In this document: in pieces, positions 1 to 25,126 of the stretch
Layout: every line of letters begins with the position of its first letter
Position numbering within the stretch: position 1 is the first letter of the stretch
Assembly: GCA_051362555.1 (NCBI GenBank)
Contig: CM120640.1
Location: 66,318,788 to 66,382,787, forward strand
Reading direction: 5' to 3'
Length of the DNA stretch: 64,000 nt
Source of the DNA: Lingula anatina
Taxonomy: Eukaryota > Animalia > Brachiopoda
Translations under genes and position numbers: made by a program
Notes under the pieces: model-generated
Database searches by the model: none
What the model was told of the DNA's origin: nothing
What the model saw: only the letters and a program-made list of their open reading frames with translations

Positions 1-41
1 TGTACATGTAACTGCCCTGATCAAGCTAAAAGTTCACTCAC

Positions 42-3000
42 TCAGGCCATGATGGTGGTACAACATGGATGTGACGCCATCAAAGCGGAAGCCATCAAAA
101 CCATACTCATCAATCCACCACCTCAGGTTGGAAAGAAGGAACTTCAGGGTTTCCCACCTAGAGCACAGAAATCAAAATAGTGTACATTAAATAAAACTTT
201 GGTCCCAAATAAAAATGGAATGTAATGAAATCATTCTGAGGTTAATGTTCCACTTTTGTTGCCATCTAATACATTTATACGTTTCCTCGCAACAATACTG
301 AAATTACTGCAATGGCTATTTTAAACAATGTTTCATGGACAATTTAAACAAACTACGCGAAACTTCATCCTCGCAACATTGTTTACATGGACATTTTACT
401 GCCTCAGAATTAAACATAATGTCCAAGTTATTTAGGCTTACTGTGCATAGTTAAAGAGCCTACTGTCCCAGAGTTCATGTCTCCCTCTGGGACCTGAGTG
501 GAAATATCCAGCCTCAGAGCCATCAAAGCTGTTCAAACCATCCACTATATTGTTAGAAGCGTGGCTGTGGACCACATCCAATAGTACTACTATGCCATAG
601 GAGTGAGCAACATCAACAAGCTCTTTCAGCTCTTCTGGAGTCCCATAACGACTGAAAGAAATATATTAGAAGGAGTCAACTTGAAGTGGGAATATTGATC
701 CGATGTACTCCCTGTACATCATAAGTTCAGGTTGAGCTAAGTAATATTCCTTTAAGTTTCAAACAGCTTTTGCCAAAAAAGATAAAACACATCTGCCCTG
801 TTTATTTGTAGGATATGAAAACTAACCTTGAAGCAGCAAAAAAGCTTGTCACTTGGTACCCAAAACTTGCATAATAAGCATGCTCCATTACTGCCATCAA
901 CTGGATAGAGTTGTAACCTATAATCAGAACAATAAATTATACTTGTGATCGAACTCAGAAAAATGCTTTTAATAAAAGCATCATAATATTTAAACTAATC
1001 TACAATTACCCTTACATTTTAATTCCTAAGCTGCCGCTCGTTCTTTCAAAAATTGAGCCCAACAAATCAGTGGCTCAGCCACAATACCATGTTAAACAAT
1101 CATCATGTCCACTCACCTAAATCTGCTATTCTTGGAATTACATTGTAGGCAAAATGCTTGTAGCTGGCAACTTTTCCCTCCCAGGATGAAATGCCAACAT
1201 GAGATTCATAGATCCTCAGTCTGTCTGGTTTTGGTGGATGTGGATGCTTGAATTTGTACTTCTGAAAGAATGTATATAAATATTTGAAGTAAAAAAAAAA
1301 AGGGTTCAAAAATTGCCAGTCTACAATGTTACAGCATAACATAGGTATACATGAAAGTAATAAGTGAGACAGTTATCATTTTCAGACATGATCAAATTAA
1401 CAAATTACCAATAGGAATTTTTGAGCATTTTAATTCTGTTAGCAAGATCATGATGAAATTTTTAAAAATAATTTTGAAGACTATTCATCCTACATGCAAA
1501 CAATTTTATTATTTCTCATTGTTCAGAATTACAATTTGTACCACTGATATTCAATCTAATCAAATAATTTGAAGAAGCGATTTTAAAAAAATTCTTAACC
1601 CCTTAAGAAACAATATAAAACTGATTCAGAAATCACAGGAAACAATGAAGAAAACGAAAAGTTAAGGTTGTTAGGGATATGGATCCATACATGTACAATT
1701 GAGATTTGGTTCACAACAACCTATGGAGATACAGGTAACATCCCAACTACTACAGACGAGCAAACAACAGCCCAACAACAGCTCTGAATGTCGAGTGTCT
1801 CTCACCTGTTCTTCAGGGGGGTCCCAGTGTATCATATCATATATGGTACTATCTGAGGGGGGTTTGACCCACCTCGCCCAGGGACACAACCTGTCGGCTA
1901 GCTCTCCACTGGGAGTTTGCACCAATAACTGACAATGAAAATCCAACATGCAACAATAATGGAAAACAAAAGAAAGAACAATTAAACTCTTTCCCACTCC
2001 TGCTGTCCAAGTGCTGCTTGCCATCTGGAGTTCCTTGTAGACCTCTGGTACAGGCATGAGTGGTTTGGAGTAAACATGCTGTTAAAGTGTTATTGTTAAG
2101 AGAAATAATACCTTGAAAATGCTCAAACAAAAAGAAAGAGGTTATAGTTATTAGCAAAATAAGACACTGCATCATTAGTAGATATCCCTTGTTACAACAA
2201 CTGATATCTAGCAATAATACAGCATTTTTTTGCATATTTCTTAAAAGAAATGTCAGTTGAAACAAAAATCAGTTATTAGTGTTGCTCCATGTAATATCAA
2301 CCTAAAAATGATACCAAAACAAAAACATGTTAATGGTTATATTTTAAATCACAAGTCTCATGCAGTAAAAAGTGGCACCTGTTCAGGAGATGGATTCCAG
2401 AACACCTGGTTGTAGGCAGTGCTGTTATTGGGTGGAACAACATATGAAGCCCAGGGACTGATTCTGTCCTCCAGCGTGTCCCCGCTGGTCACCATAACTA
2501 TCTGTTCAAGTAACCTCATCATTACTCAATAATAAACATATTATATATTGTGAAATAAAAAAATTGAAACACTGTTGACATACCTTTGTGTGTTTATGTA
2601 TTAGGCAACAGTAGTTTTTACTTATGACTATACATGTACCTAACTAATTCAACTTCATAACATGCATTAATTTGTACTCATAACCATGTTTAAAATGAAT
2701 TCTACAGAACATTTTACTATGACACTAATATACATTTTACTTTTGCTTAGCTTGTACACTCTATATTCATTTATAAAAGGATGCTTTAAACTGTATCCTC
2801 ACAGGTATGATAAAAAGGGGGAAATTGTATATGTCAACACTGCAAACTATGAACCTAATGGCCAAAATAAAAAATCCTGAAAAAAATCTGTTAACAAAAA
2901 ATTGGATAGCTAAAATTTGCAACTGTACCACAGCCACATCTTTTTTTAACAATTAGTACATATATATATATATTATACAATCATACATGTAGTCACCAAA

Positions 3001-3152
3001 TGATTATTCTGTTTAATAAAAAAATGATACTGTAAACAAAATTTGAGAGAAATCTATTCACTAGTTGACCAACACTTATAAAATAACTGGTATGTTTTTT
3101 AAACTAATATTAAACTTGTTGGATTCTAATACAACTACCTGAACCAAAATAA

Positions 3153-3233
<81 letters not shown>

Positions 3234-4568
3234 TTGTGGTACCTTGATACTACTGCCATGTGCAATTGGACTGGTGCCATCTGGCCTGGGTGGTATTTTG
3301 AGTTCCCACTTTCCATGTTCTAGTCTGGTGAATTTGTGCTCTAGCTTTTCCCAGTTATCTAAAAATCAGTGGTAGAAAATTGCTCTAAATATGACATGGT
3401 TGAGAGCCACTTATTATGTAGTTTTCTAAACTAAACTGCTCTTCTACTGGTCATCATTTTGGATAAGAGGCTCGTTGTATTTTTTGCTATACATTTTGAA
3501 ATTCAAAACATCATTAAATGTTCTTTTATTGAGGTGATAAAATATTCTCCAAAAGCAAAACATAAATGAAAAACAAATAAAACTATATCATACATGTAAC
3601 AAACAACTGAAAGTCTTACTAAAGTCTCCTCTTAGATACATGGCTTGAGCAGCTGGAGCCCATTCTCTCATCACTATTCCCCCATCCTGGGTGGGGTGGA
3701 TACCATACCACTCATAGCCTTTGCTGAAATTGCCTATACTCCCTTCAGTGCGTTCTATATTTTCCAAAGTCTTCTGAAAACAGCCATACCTAATGAAAAA
3801 GAAAACACTCTCATCAAATATAATATATTTACATAAAATATAAATCATAAAATATAAAATATTAACATACCTCAAACCATGAATTTTGCTTTACTGGTAT
3901 TAACTTAAACTTAAGCAATCAATTAAAAAAAGTTTGTTATCTTAATGCTTCATACACGACACGCAGCAGAAGATGGACACGACCAATGTAAAAGAAGACT
4001 TATGCAAATTGAGTAACTTGTTCGATAGTTAAACTCCTGGTGGTTTTTGTGGTTTCTTGGTGCATCATACTTGTATGTGGTTGACCAGGCCAACGGAACT
4101 CTTATCACTCTAACATATCTTTGGACAAAAGCATGTACATGAAAGCAAATTCTTGTGTAAAAATTTCAAGTCAAGGTATAAATATATTTTAGTTTAGTTT
4201 AAAAGCTTTGCTTATTAAAATCTCAGTTTAATTTAATTTCAGTTTAATTTAAGTGGCAATCACGTTGTGCTACTCATTTTTTTTATTATTAAACTTGATT
4301 GTCCTTATGTTCTGTCTAGAAAATGTCAGGTCACGCCAAGGCCAAGTAATCTTGGTAGTAGTATAGTACGTACAGGCAACTGGGCATGTGCATGTGCTTT
4401 GCGTGATACAATTCAAAATAAAGCAGCTTCAACTTTAATATTGAAGAGTGACATGTAATACCTTCGTCTTATCTCTCTTTCTTGTGGCTTTAGATAGCCG
4501 TCGAGCTCGAATAAAGTGTCGATTTTAGGCACTTGAATCTTCTCCGGCTCGTCTACGGTGGTCAACAT
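42..4568 (-). CDS. GBE1: 1,4-alpha-glucan (glycogen) branching enzyme, 5' part; gene continues beyond the window start
   Basis: Exons in transcript order: 4568-4462, 3789-3620, 3358-3243, [2501-2379 or 1928-1806], 1261-1117, 917-827, 651-442, 157-42; all GT-AG and phase-compatible. The translation [15 protein letters not shown]...[19 protein letters not shown]...[20 protein letters not shown]...[35 protein letters not shown]...LDVVHSH...[15 protein letters not shown] carries hallmark GH13 branching-enzyme motifs, including the catalytic Asp in FRFDG. Confidence 0.97.
1806..1928 (-). CDS. GBE1: GBE1 exon 4b (candidate mutually exclusive exon)
   Basis: 123 nt, phase 0/0, acceptor ttttcattgtcAG, donor CAG|GTGAG. 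Encodes [41 protein letters not shown], which aligns to exon 4a without gaps. Confidence 0.85.
2379..2501 (-). CDS. GBE1: GBE1 exon 4a (candidate mutually exclusive exon)
   Basis: 123 nt, phase 0/0, acceptor ttgaacAG, donor CAG|GTgcca. Encodes [41 protein letters not shown], containing the GBE-typical RISPWA motif. Confidence 0.85.
3154..3230. repeat. (TA)n microsatellite
   Basis: Pure TA run 12 nt from the GBE1 exon 3 donor, in the intron upstream of exons 4a/4b. Confidence 0.95.
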
Positions 4569-4816
4569 GTTGGTTGCCCTTCTTGAATGTCAAGAGCATC
4601 TGTAAAACTGTGTCAATAATACAGAGCCATAAGATCATTTTGTCAAAATTCTCGTGCAATATGAAAAAGATAACTGTTTCAATTCCGCTTAAAATTTTTT
4701 AACTGAATGGCGTATTTGTTTTTTTATAGATTTATTAATTTATATGCTCTCATGACACATTAGATTTATTCGAAACCTTGGCTACGCTGAAGGTGACACC
4801 GACTCAGAAATGCAAT
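4569..4816. promoter_or_regulatory. Putative bidirectional promoter shared by GBE1 and the sorting nexin
   Basis: Divergent ATGs at 4568 (-) and 4817 (+), only 248 bp apart. CpG dinucleotides are locally more frequent than in the flanking introns. Confidence 0.75.
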
Positions 4817-16891
<12,075 letters not shown>

Positions 16892-19096
16892 ACAATCAAG
16901 ATGAACGACTGAGTAGTAAATAGTGGCTCATATTTGAGAAATGTAGGAATATGCTACAGTCAGTGCTTTGTATGCCTTTCACAAAGCTGGAAGACTTGCA
17001 TAGTCTCCAGGGCTCTCTGACAGAACATATAACAACAGGATACAGACATGTATATATGAATACTATGAAAAAATGCCCATTAATCAGGATTTTAAAATGG
17101 GAGTTTAAAAAACAATGGTATTCTGTTGATTTTCAAATTCATTATTGTAAAAAAATAATTTTATTTTATGAAGACAGATGGTGAATTATTCCAGGAAATT
17201 ATTTCAGTATCAGGAAAGTGCATGCATGCCATGTCTCAGAACTACAGTGCCTCCATGCCCTTCAAAATTTTGACAAGAATTCACTTGTTCTAATTTTTAC
17301 AAAAAAATAATTTTTTTAAACATAAAGGTGTTTTCTAGTCATGGCAGTGATCTATTGTGAGACAAACATTATAGTAGATATGTACTTTATGCTCAAAATT
17401 TGACAAGTTTCATGTTTATTAGGTGATTGATGCAAAAGGTGCACTATTTCTGGGTATCCTCTGATACAAAAAAATGATCTAGATACATAGATGATGTTCA
17501 CTGGGAGCAGCACACACCTTTATTAATACCAGTATGATTGACATTTTTACACTTTACATAATAAATTTATTGTTATGTATATTGGAATATTTATGATGTA
17601 CTAATCCATTTGTCACTGACATTTATTATAACCAATTTTCTGGCTTTTAGCAGCACTGATAAACACTTGAGAGCTTCTCCCACTTTAGGAAGATTATGCA
17701 AAAGTTCTCATTGTTGTCACCATTGGTATACAACCGTATTAGTGGGTCCTTCTAAAGGCCTGGCCTATTGAATTGGTACATATTTATACTTTTCTTACAT
17801 GCTTGATGTGGATAGTTGTGCTTGTATTATATGATGTGACTTGTGTAAGTGCCAGCACCACATTGCTATTTTATCATATCCGTGGTCAGAAACAAAATGC
17901 AGATCATTTTGCTTTAAAAAGATCATTATGACATGCTAGTGAAATGCCATATCTTGCTGCAAATGTGGTAAACAGCATAAAAATCTTAGGTTAATTGACC
18001 ATGGTGATTCCAGAATGTGCATTGATTAAACAGTTTTTGTCCTGGATGATTTGACTGCCACAATAGACAGATCTGTGATATCTTACCAATTAGTGTGTAA
18101 TGTGCCTGATTCCAGGAATCTCCATCCTGCCTTTTCAGTTCATCAACCTTGAAGCAGATCAAATCTTGAGGAGTTAATCTTAGATAACGGTTTCTATTCA
18201 AATAAACATTATTTTATTTTAGTACAGAGGCTTAAATTCAAGAATAACCAGATGGTTTTGATTAAATTTTGTTCCACCTGACAAAAATATCCCCAACATG
18301 AGTTAAATCCAATCCTCATTAATGTTCCTTTGGGTAAATAAGGAGACATTGTTTATAATGACTCGTGTTTAAGAAAAGTATAGAAACAATATGATAACCG
18401 AAAAAACGATATTATTTAAAGTGGTGTTTTTTGCAGTATGGTACTTGGGGGTTATAGATTTGCTATAAACGAATAGCTTATACCAGTGAAACCTGAAATA
18501 TTTTTGATAAATTGATTATATATCTAAGAATTAAGTTCAGTTAAACTGTATGATACAACAGTGGGTACTTTTCCAGTGGTTTTGCTGTATTCAGTAAGAG
18601 AACATTTAAGCTGAAAACAAAAGAAAGTAATGTAATCTAGAGCTGGTCTCTTTCTTAGCAAATTAATTTTCAGTGGGAAGGTGCTTGACAAAAAAAGAAA
18701 TGGTTAGTAATTATGCATGCATTCATTCGTATAACTTGCTGTATGAGCAAATGATCCAAGCGCTCTTTATACATATGTAGAATTATATTTTCTTTTTAAG
18801 TCGATCTGATGGAAATAAAATTATTTTAAAAAGCTTTTTATGGTTGAAGTGAACTTGTAGCTGGCATAATTATTAACTGACAAAATTAGTGTGTATGTTG
18901 GTGGCTGTCATTCCTGAGATGTAAGCAACCTGAGCCTTACATCATTGCAGGGTGGTCTGTTGATAAAGCCTCTTTATGACACCATATTTGTCTACCATAA
19001 TACAAAATAATTAGGATAATAATAAATTCCATATGTATGTCGTGATGGGTGTGATACAGTTACTAAGCTTATTCTATTAAGACATGGTAGGATGTT

Positions 19097-19375
19097 CAGT
19101 GGCCAATTTAATGGGGGTTAGGGGCCTCCTGACCCTCCCCCCTTCGGTTTCTGAAAAAAAAATCACACCAATATTTTTTTTCATAAAATTAGAATTTTGA
19201 CTAGCTGAATCATACTTTTAGTTCTAAACTGTCCCTTTTGCCCTCCGAAACACCAAAAACTTTCGGGACCCACGAGCGAACCCTGAGCCCTACCCCAAGG
19301 GAGCGAGGGTTGGCTTTGCATCCGAGAACTGTCATTCCTAAAAAAAACTGGATCCTTCTTCAAATCCTGTATGTT
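19097..19375. mobile_element. Possible degenerate non-autonomous DNA transposon remnant
   Basis: GC/CpG-richer island between genes, starting CAGTGGCC...GGGGG and ending near GGATCC..AAATCCTG. No intact TIR pair or TSD found. Confidence 0.3.
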
Positions 19376-19912
19376 GTAGCAAGCAGGTTCACTACTATAG
19401 TACTTCTTAGCAAACGGAGTGTTGCAGTAAAATGCGCGAATATCCGTTAAAGCACACCAAAATGTTCTTTTGGTTAATTAAAAGACAGTTTAACAGTTTT
19501 TATATATTTGATAATAAAACACTCTCACTGTTTTCGTCCTTTTTATTTACATTGGCCTCGATATCAAGCGAACGGAAGGGAAATCCCATGCGCACTTGTA
19601 TATGCGCAAACAAAAAGGACACATGTTTGGGGGTCCAGTATTTTCTTGTTGAAGAACCAGACGGGGCCCATCTTTATAACAAGTTTCGTGTTTCAACAGT
19701 AGTATTATAAGGTAAGATTAAGTTTGAAGGCCATGACACCAAAGATGTACGTTATTATGAATATAATATAGCATTCCGGAACAAGTGTACGTGCAACACG
19801 ACTGTGTTGCAGTTACTGTAGCACTTTTGCAAATAGAAGTGTAAGGCATTCTGCTTCATTTGCTCTCTCTCTCAGTTTATTTCTTTGTATTATTTTTAGA
19901 ATCCAAGACAAG

Positions 19913-22900
19913 ATGGTTAGAAAGAAAATTGATAATCGCATTCGGATTATGATAGAAAATGGAGTAGCAGAACGACATCGCAGTTTGTTTGTCATAGTTG
20001 GAGACCATGGGAGAGACCAAGTAAGCATTAAGTGCATTGTTCATGTTTGTGAAATTGTTTTTTATGTACAGACACAGATGTGTCTGTACATATAGCCATC
20101 ATCTGCGTCTGTCGTCGCCGTCGCCGTCGCCGTCGCCGTGCACTTTTACCGATAACACGATAAATGGAAAACTGTTTTTTCTTTTGGTATGAAACTTACA
20201 GAACTGATGAATATTCATAATACGCAGGTCAAGTTCGAAAATCAGCATGATCGGGTCACTTTTAGGGAATTTATGCTGTTTTTTCACTTTTTTCAGCATA
20301 TATGCAGCACTGATAACACGATAAGTGGAAAACCATTTTACCTTTTGACTTGAAACTTACAAAACTGATGAATATTCATAATACGCAGGTCAAGTTCGAA
20401 AATCAGCATGATCGGGTCACTTTTAGGGAATTTATGCTGTTTTTTCACTTTTTTCAGCATATATGCAGCACCGATAACACGATAAGTGAAAAACCATTTA
20501 ACCTTTTGGCTTGAAAGTTACAGAACTGATGAATATTCATAATATGCAGGTCAAGTTCGAAAATCAGCATGATCGGGTCATTTTTAGGGAATTTATGCTG
20601 TTTTTTCACTTTTTTCAGCATATATGCAACCCCGATAACACGATAAGTGGAAAACCATCCTACCTTTTGGCTTGAAACTTACAAAACTGATTAATATTCA
20701 TAATACACAGGTCAAGTTCGAAAATCAGCATGATTGGGTCATTTTTAGGGAATTTATGCTGTTTTTTCACTATTTTTCAGCATATATGCAGCACCGATAA
20801 CACCATAAGTGGAAAACCAATTTACCTTTTGGCTTGAAACTTGTAGAACTGATAAATATTCATAATACCCAAGTCAAGTTCGAAAATCAGCATGATTCGA
20901 TTATTGTTAGGGAATTTATGCTGTTTTTTCACTTTTTTCAGCATATATGCAGCACTGATAACACAATAAGTGGAAAACTGTTTTTTCATTTGGCTTGAAA
21001 CTTACAGAACTAATGAATATTCATAATACGCAGGTCAAGTTTGAAAATCAGCAAGATCGGGCAATTTTTATGGAAGTTATCCTGTTTTTTTTTTTTTTTT
21101 CAATTTTTTCAGCACTTTTATAACACCGATAACATGATAAGTGTAAAAATGTTTTTCCTTTCCTTGGATTGAAATTTACAGAACTGGTGAATATTTATTA
21201 TACGCAGGTCAAGTTTGAAAATTGGCATGATTGGACTATTTTACAAAAGTAATGCTGTTTTTTTCCCTTTATTCAGCATACATGCAACACTGATAACGCA
21301 TTTTAAGGAAAACCAATCAGCCTTTTGTCTTGCAACTCACAGGAGTGATCAATCTGACCAGTATACAGATCAAGTTTGAAAATAAGCTTGATCAGTTAAG
21401 TTTTGATGAAGTTATTAGCCTTTTTGTATATAAGTGGTTTTTCTTCAGATTTAATTCTTAAGCATGTTAACAGTCTCATAACGGTACTAATTGGATATGT
21501 TAAAGTGTTGTTTTAACATTTTCTGCTTCTTAACAATATTGTTAGTTGATTATATAAAAATGACGGTAAACCTATTATCCTGCATTGTGTAATAAAGTAT
21601 CAAAAATGGAAAGGAACTCATCATTGCAGTTCGTCAGATTCAATCATTCACTATGTTTAGAATCTCCAAATGGAGCTAATTGGACATTATAAATTGTTCT
21701 ATTGATATTTTTCCTATGTCAACAATTTTCCTAGTTGATCATTTAAAAATGACAGTTAATTGATGATGGTTTTATGTAAAAAAAGGTGTTGAAAATGGAA
21801 AGAAAATCATTTCAGTACAGTTATCTCTTGTTAACATTTTGGCATTTTGAAAGTGTGACCCTAACTTCCATGTCCTTGGAGACCTTTCCATATCACATTT
21901 TCTGAATATCCATGATACTTTTATTTTTTTATAAAAAATTTGATGGTCATTATGCTGTTAAGTATTATGTTATATTGCATGAAAGTTAAAGAAAACCCTA
22001 TTTTGGACACTGCTGCCAGGATAGCGATTAAGGGAAAACCATGTTACTTATGATAATCAACCTTACTGAAAAGAGTGAAGTGCAGCTTGTGTTGGAAAAC
22101 CATCGTAATTGTTTTCTGTTTTGAAAGCAATGCAGTACAGTGCTATTTGGTGCAATAAATGTATATGGATAGTAGGCAGTTAATTCAGGGTTATAAAATA
22201 ATTTGCTTAATTGATTTTCAAGTTATTTCAGGGTTATAAAATAATTTGCTTAATTAATTTTCAAGTGGGTATTAAATGAGATTGCATAAACACACATTGA
22301 GATTTCATTGTAAAGTCCCATCGGTTTAGCTTTCTTAACTGTGTCACATAATTAGGAATCGATGATTATTATGCAGGTAAATGTTATTTAATATGGAAAA
22401 TAAGTTTACAAAAAAAAATTTGTGTAACGCTTACATTAATGCTAAAGATGAATAACAGTGCCTTATTATTCTCAAACTCAATAGGGTTATTCATATCATG
22501 TTAGTAATTGTACAGCTAGATTAAAAGTTTGAATAGCAGCTTTATTGGTATTTTTTGTTATGTTTTATTTTACATTTTCTTTTAATTTTTTTATGCTGTT
22601 TTTTCACTTTTTTCAACATATATGCAACATTAATAACACAATATAAGAAAAACAGCTTAGCCAATTGTCATTATACTCACAGGAGTGGTCAATCTTACAA
22701 AAATGCAGGTTGAGTTCGAAAATCAGTGTTATCGGGCCATTATTTTAGAAGTTGTACTGTTTTTTCAAATTTCCTCAGATTCAATTCTTAGGCATGTTAA
22801 CAGTCTCATTATTGAACTAATAAGATACGTAAAAGTGTGTGTTTGATATTTCCTGCATCTTTACAACATTGTTAGTTGATTATGTAAAAATGATGGTAAA

Positions 22901-23894
22901 CTTGTTATCATGTATTGTGTAATCAAGTGTCCAAAACGGAAATAAACTCATATCATTGCAGTTTGTCAGATTCAATCATCCACATCTGCCATGATGACCA
23001 TGATGGGAAAACCGTGTTCGTTATGATTGTCAAACTTTCAAAAAAGAAACACAGGACTAAAATGCAGCGCAAGTTGGAAAAGCAGTCTAATGGGCTTCTT
23101 TTTCTGGAAGTTATTCATTTTAGTGAAATATTCATTATCTTTTTGGCATATTCATTGTGGGACTCGGAGCTCCCATGGACATGAAGCTGGATGGTAATCA
23201 AATTTTCTACATGTTCATGCTATTTATAGTCAATAATCAAAAATTGGTGATAATTATTCTATAATTTATTATGTAATGTTACATCAAAATTGACAATAAT
23301 CTTTTTGCACTGCTACTGCAAACATTATGAAAAGAAAACTGTGTTATTTATTATTATATTTAACTTAAGAGTATGATTTTTAGAATTGGCATGCAGTTCA
23401 AATTAGAAAGCCAGGTCAATTGGGTTATCATTTATTATTGAATTTAATGCAATTTTGTGTGAAATTTCATTTTTCTCATTCTGGCACTTTCTAAGTATAA
23501 ACTTGAACTCTGATGGGCCTGAAGCCTTATGCTTTTACTCTCATCGGTGTTACCTGTTGTGCAAAATTAAAATTTGATGTTGACTGTGCAGTTAAACATA
23601 ATGTATTATTGCATCAGAAGTGGTAGTCTCCTATTTTGTGCATTATTGTTTTGTGCTCTTCTTAAGTTGTGACTTATGGGCCTGAAAGACCTTTGAGAGG
23701 GTCAGTCTATAAATTTCCCTTGGGTATCACTTCGCTAATTTCAGTTATAAAGTAATTTGCCTAATTGATAGGCTACATAAAGCACACTTGTTGATATTTC
23801 CCTGTAAACTCCCATAGGTTAAGCTCTCTGCTAGATTAATAATAAGGAAGCAGTGATAATTATGCAGGTAAATTTTGTTTAATATTGCAAATAA

Positions 23895-23973
<79 letters not shown>

Positions 23974-25055
23974 AACTGAAAGATTAAAAGTTTGAATAGC
24001 AGCTTCATTGGAATTATATTTACCTCTGCCAAGGAGGTTATATTTTCACCCCTGTTTGTCATCAACATAACTCAAAAAGTTATGGACCGATTTTGCTGAT
24101 ATTTTCAGGAACTGTCAGAAGTGGGCCAAAGAGGACAAAAATCAATAATAATCAACAATTGCTACCTTGGCAGAGGTCTGCACTCTCGGAGTGCTTTTCT
24201 AGTTTTGTTGTTTTCCTTTATAATTTTTTCTCAAACACTTGCATTTGTGACTTTAAACTCTCATCCGCCTGAGACTCTGACATTTCTGTTTTTCCACATA
24301 AGCAGTTGTATTGTTTTTTATGTCTTTAAACATTATGTTACTTATGTAATATTATTTTATGCACTGTCATCATTTTTCAAATATTGAGACTTTCATAATG
24401 TGAATTTGAACTCTCATGGTCCTGAAACTGTAATCTTATTGAAAGGGTAGATTGAGACCATCTTCTGGGACTTCTGGAAGAAAGTCAGGTTATTAAGTTT
24501 ATATTGCCTGGTATCTATTTTTTCTTCTGTTGGAAGACCATCAAAATGGAGGATGGATCAAAATAGATACTTTGGAATACTGTCAGAAAATATCTCTGGG
24601 TCCGCTCATGTTATTGACCATTTTACCTGTTGTGCATGATTAAAATTCAGTGTTGACTGACAGTGCTATTATAAGCATTATTTATTATTGCATCAAAATT
24701 GACAAAATGACCTATTTTGCATCTTTATTTTCTGTTTTTTGTCTGTACATTTGACAGCTTTGCTGCCTTGTTTATTGCTTATTATTTGGTAAGATTAAAA
24801 TAAAATGAACAATCGCATCAGGGATATCTCTTTATTGTTAAAAAAAAAAACACTTCTGATGAATCTGAAAATTGAAGAAAAGTGGGACAGAGTTAGGTCT
24901 CGCTATCTCAGCATTTGTATTTGGCAAGCTCAAATATAATCACTGAATGATAATTTCAAGTATTGTGAGAAAGTAAAAGAAGTAATCTGCAACTGTTTAT
25001 CATTATATATGCATGTATATTTTAGGTATGTATGCATGAGTGCATATATTTGTAG

Positions 25056-25126
<71 letters not shown>

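Larger units (their letters stand above)
20058..24772 (+). mobile_element. Non-autonomous Helentron-type element (HINE/DINE-1-like), family A, with ~161-bp internal tandem array
   Basis: T-rich insertion site; 5' hairpin ATGTACAGACAC-AGAT-GTGTCTGTACAT; (GTCGCC)n microsatellite; ~8 tandem ~161-bp units (20149-~21430) decaying toward the 3' end; further degenerate internal duplications. 3' sub-terminal IR TGTCTGTACAT at ~24740 is followed by a small hairpin GACAGC-TTT-GCTGCC and TTGTTT. Confidence 0.8.

Noticed and set aside
2183-2208. CCTTGTTAC, resembling the SNORD13/U13 antisense element to 18S helix 45 (tempting given nearby NAT10)
   Set aside because: Only a 9-nt match, antisense to its host intron, with no upstream C box or second guide element.
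3110-3316. YIYIYI ORF (and similar ORFs at 25003, 28212, 31077, 60742)
   Set aside because: Translations of microsatellites or homopolymer runs.
16892-18820. CAGTG loops in the SNX 3' UTR as iron-responsive elements
   Set aside because: The instances checked (~16961, ~17245, ~17345) lack the 5-bp upper stem with the bulged C.
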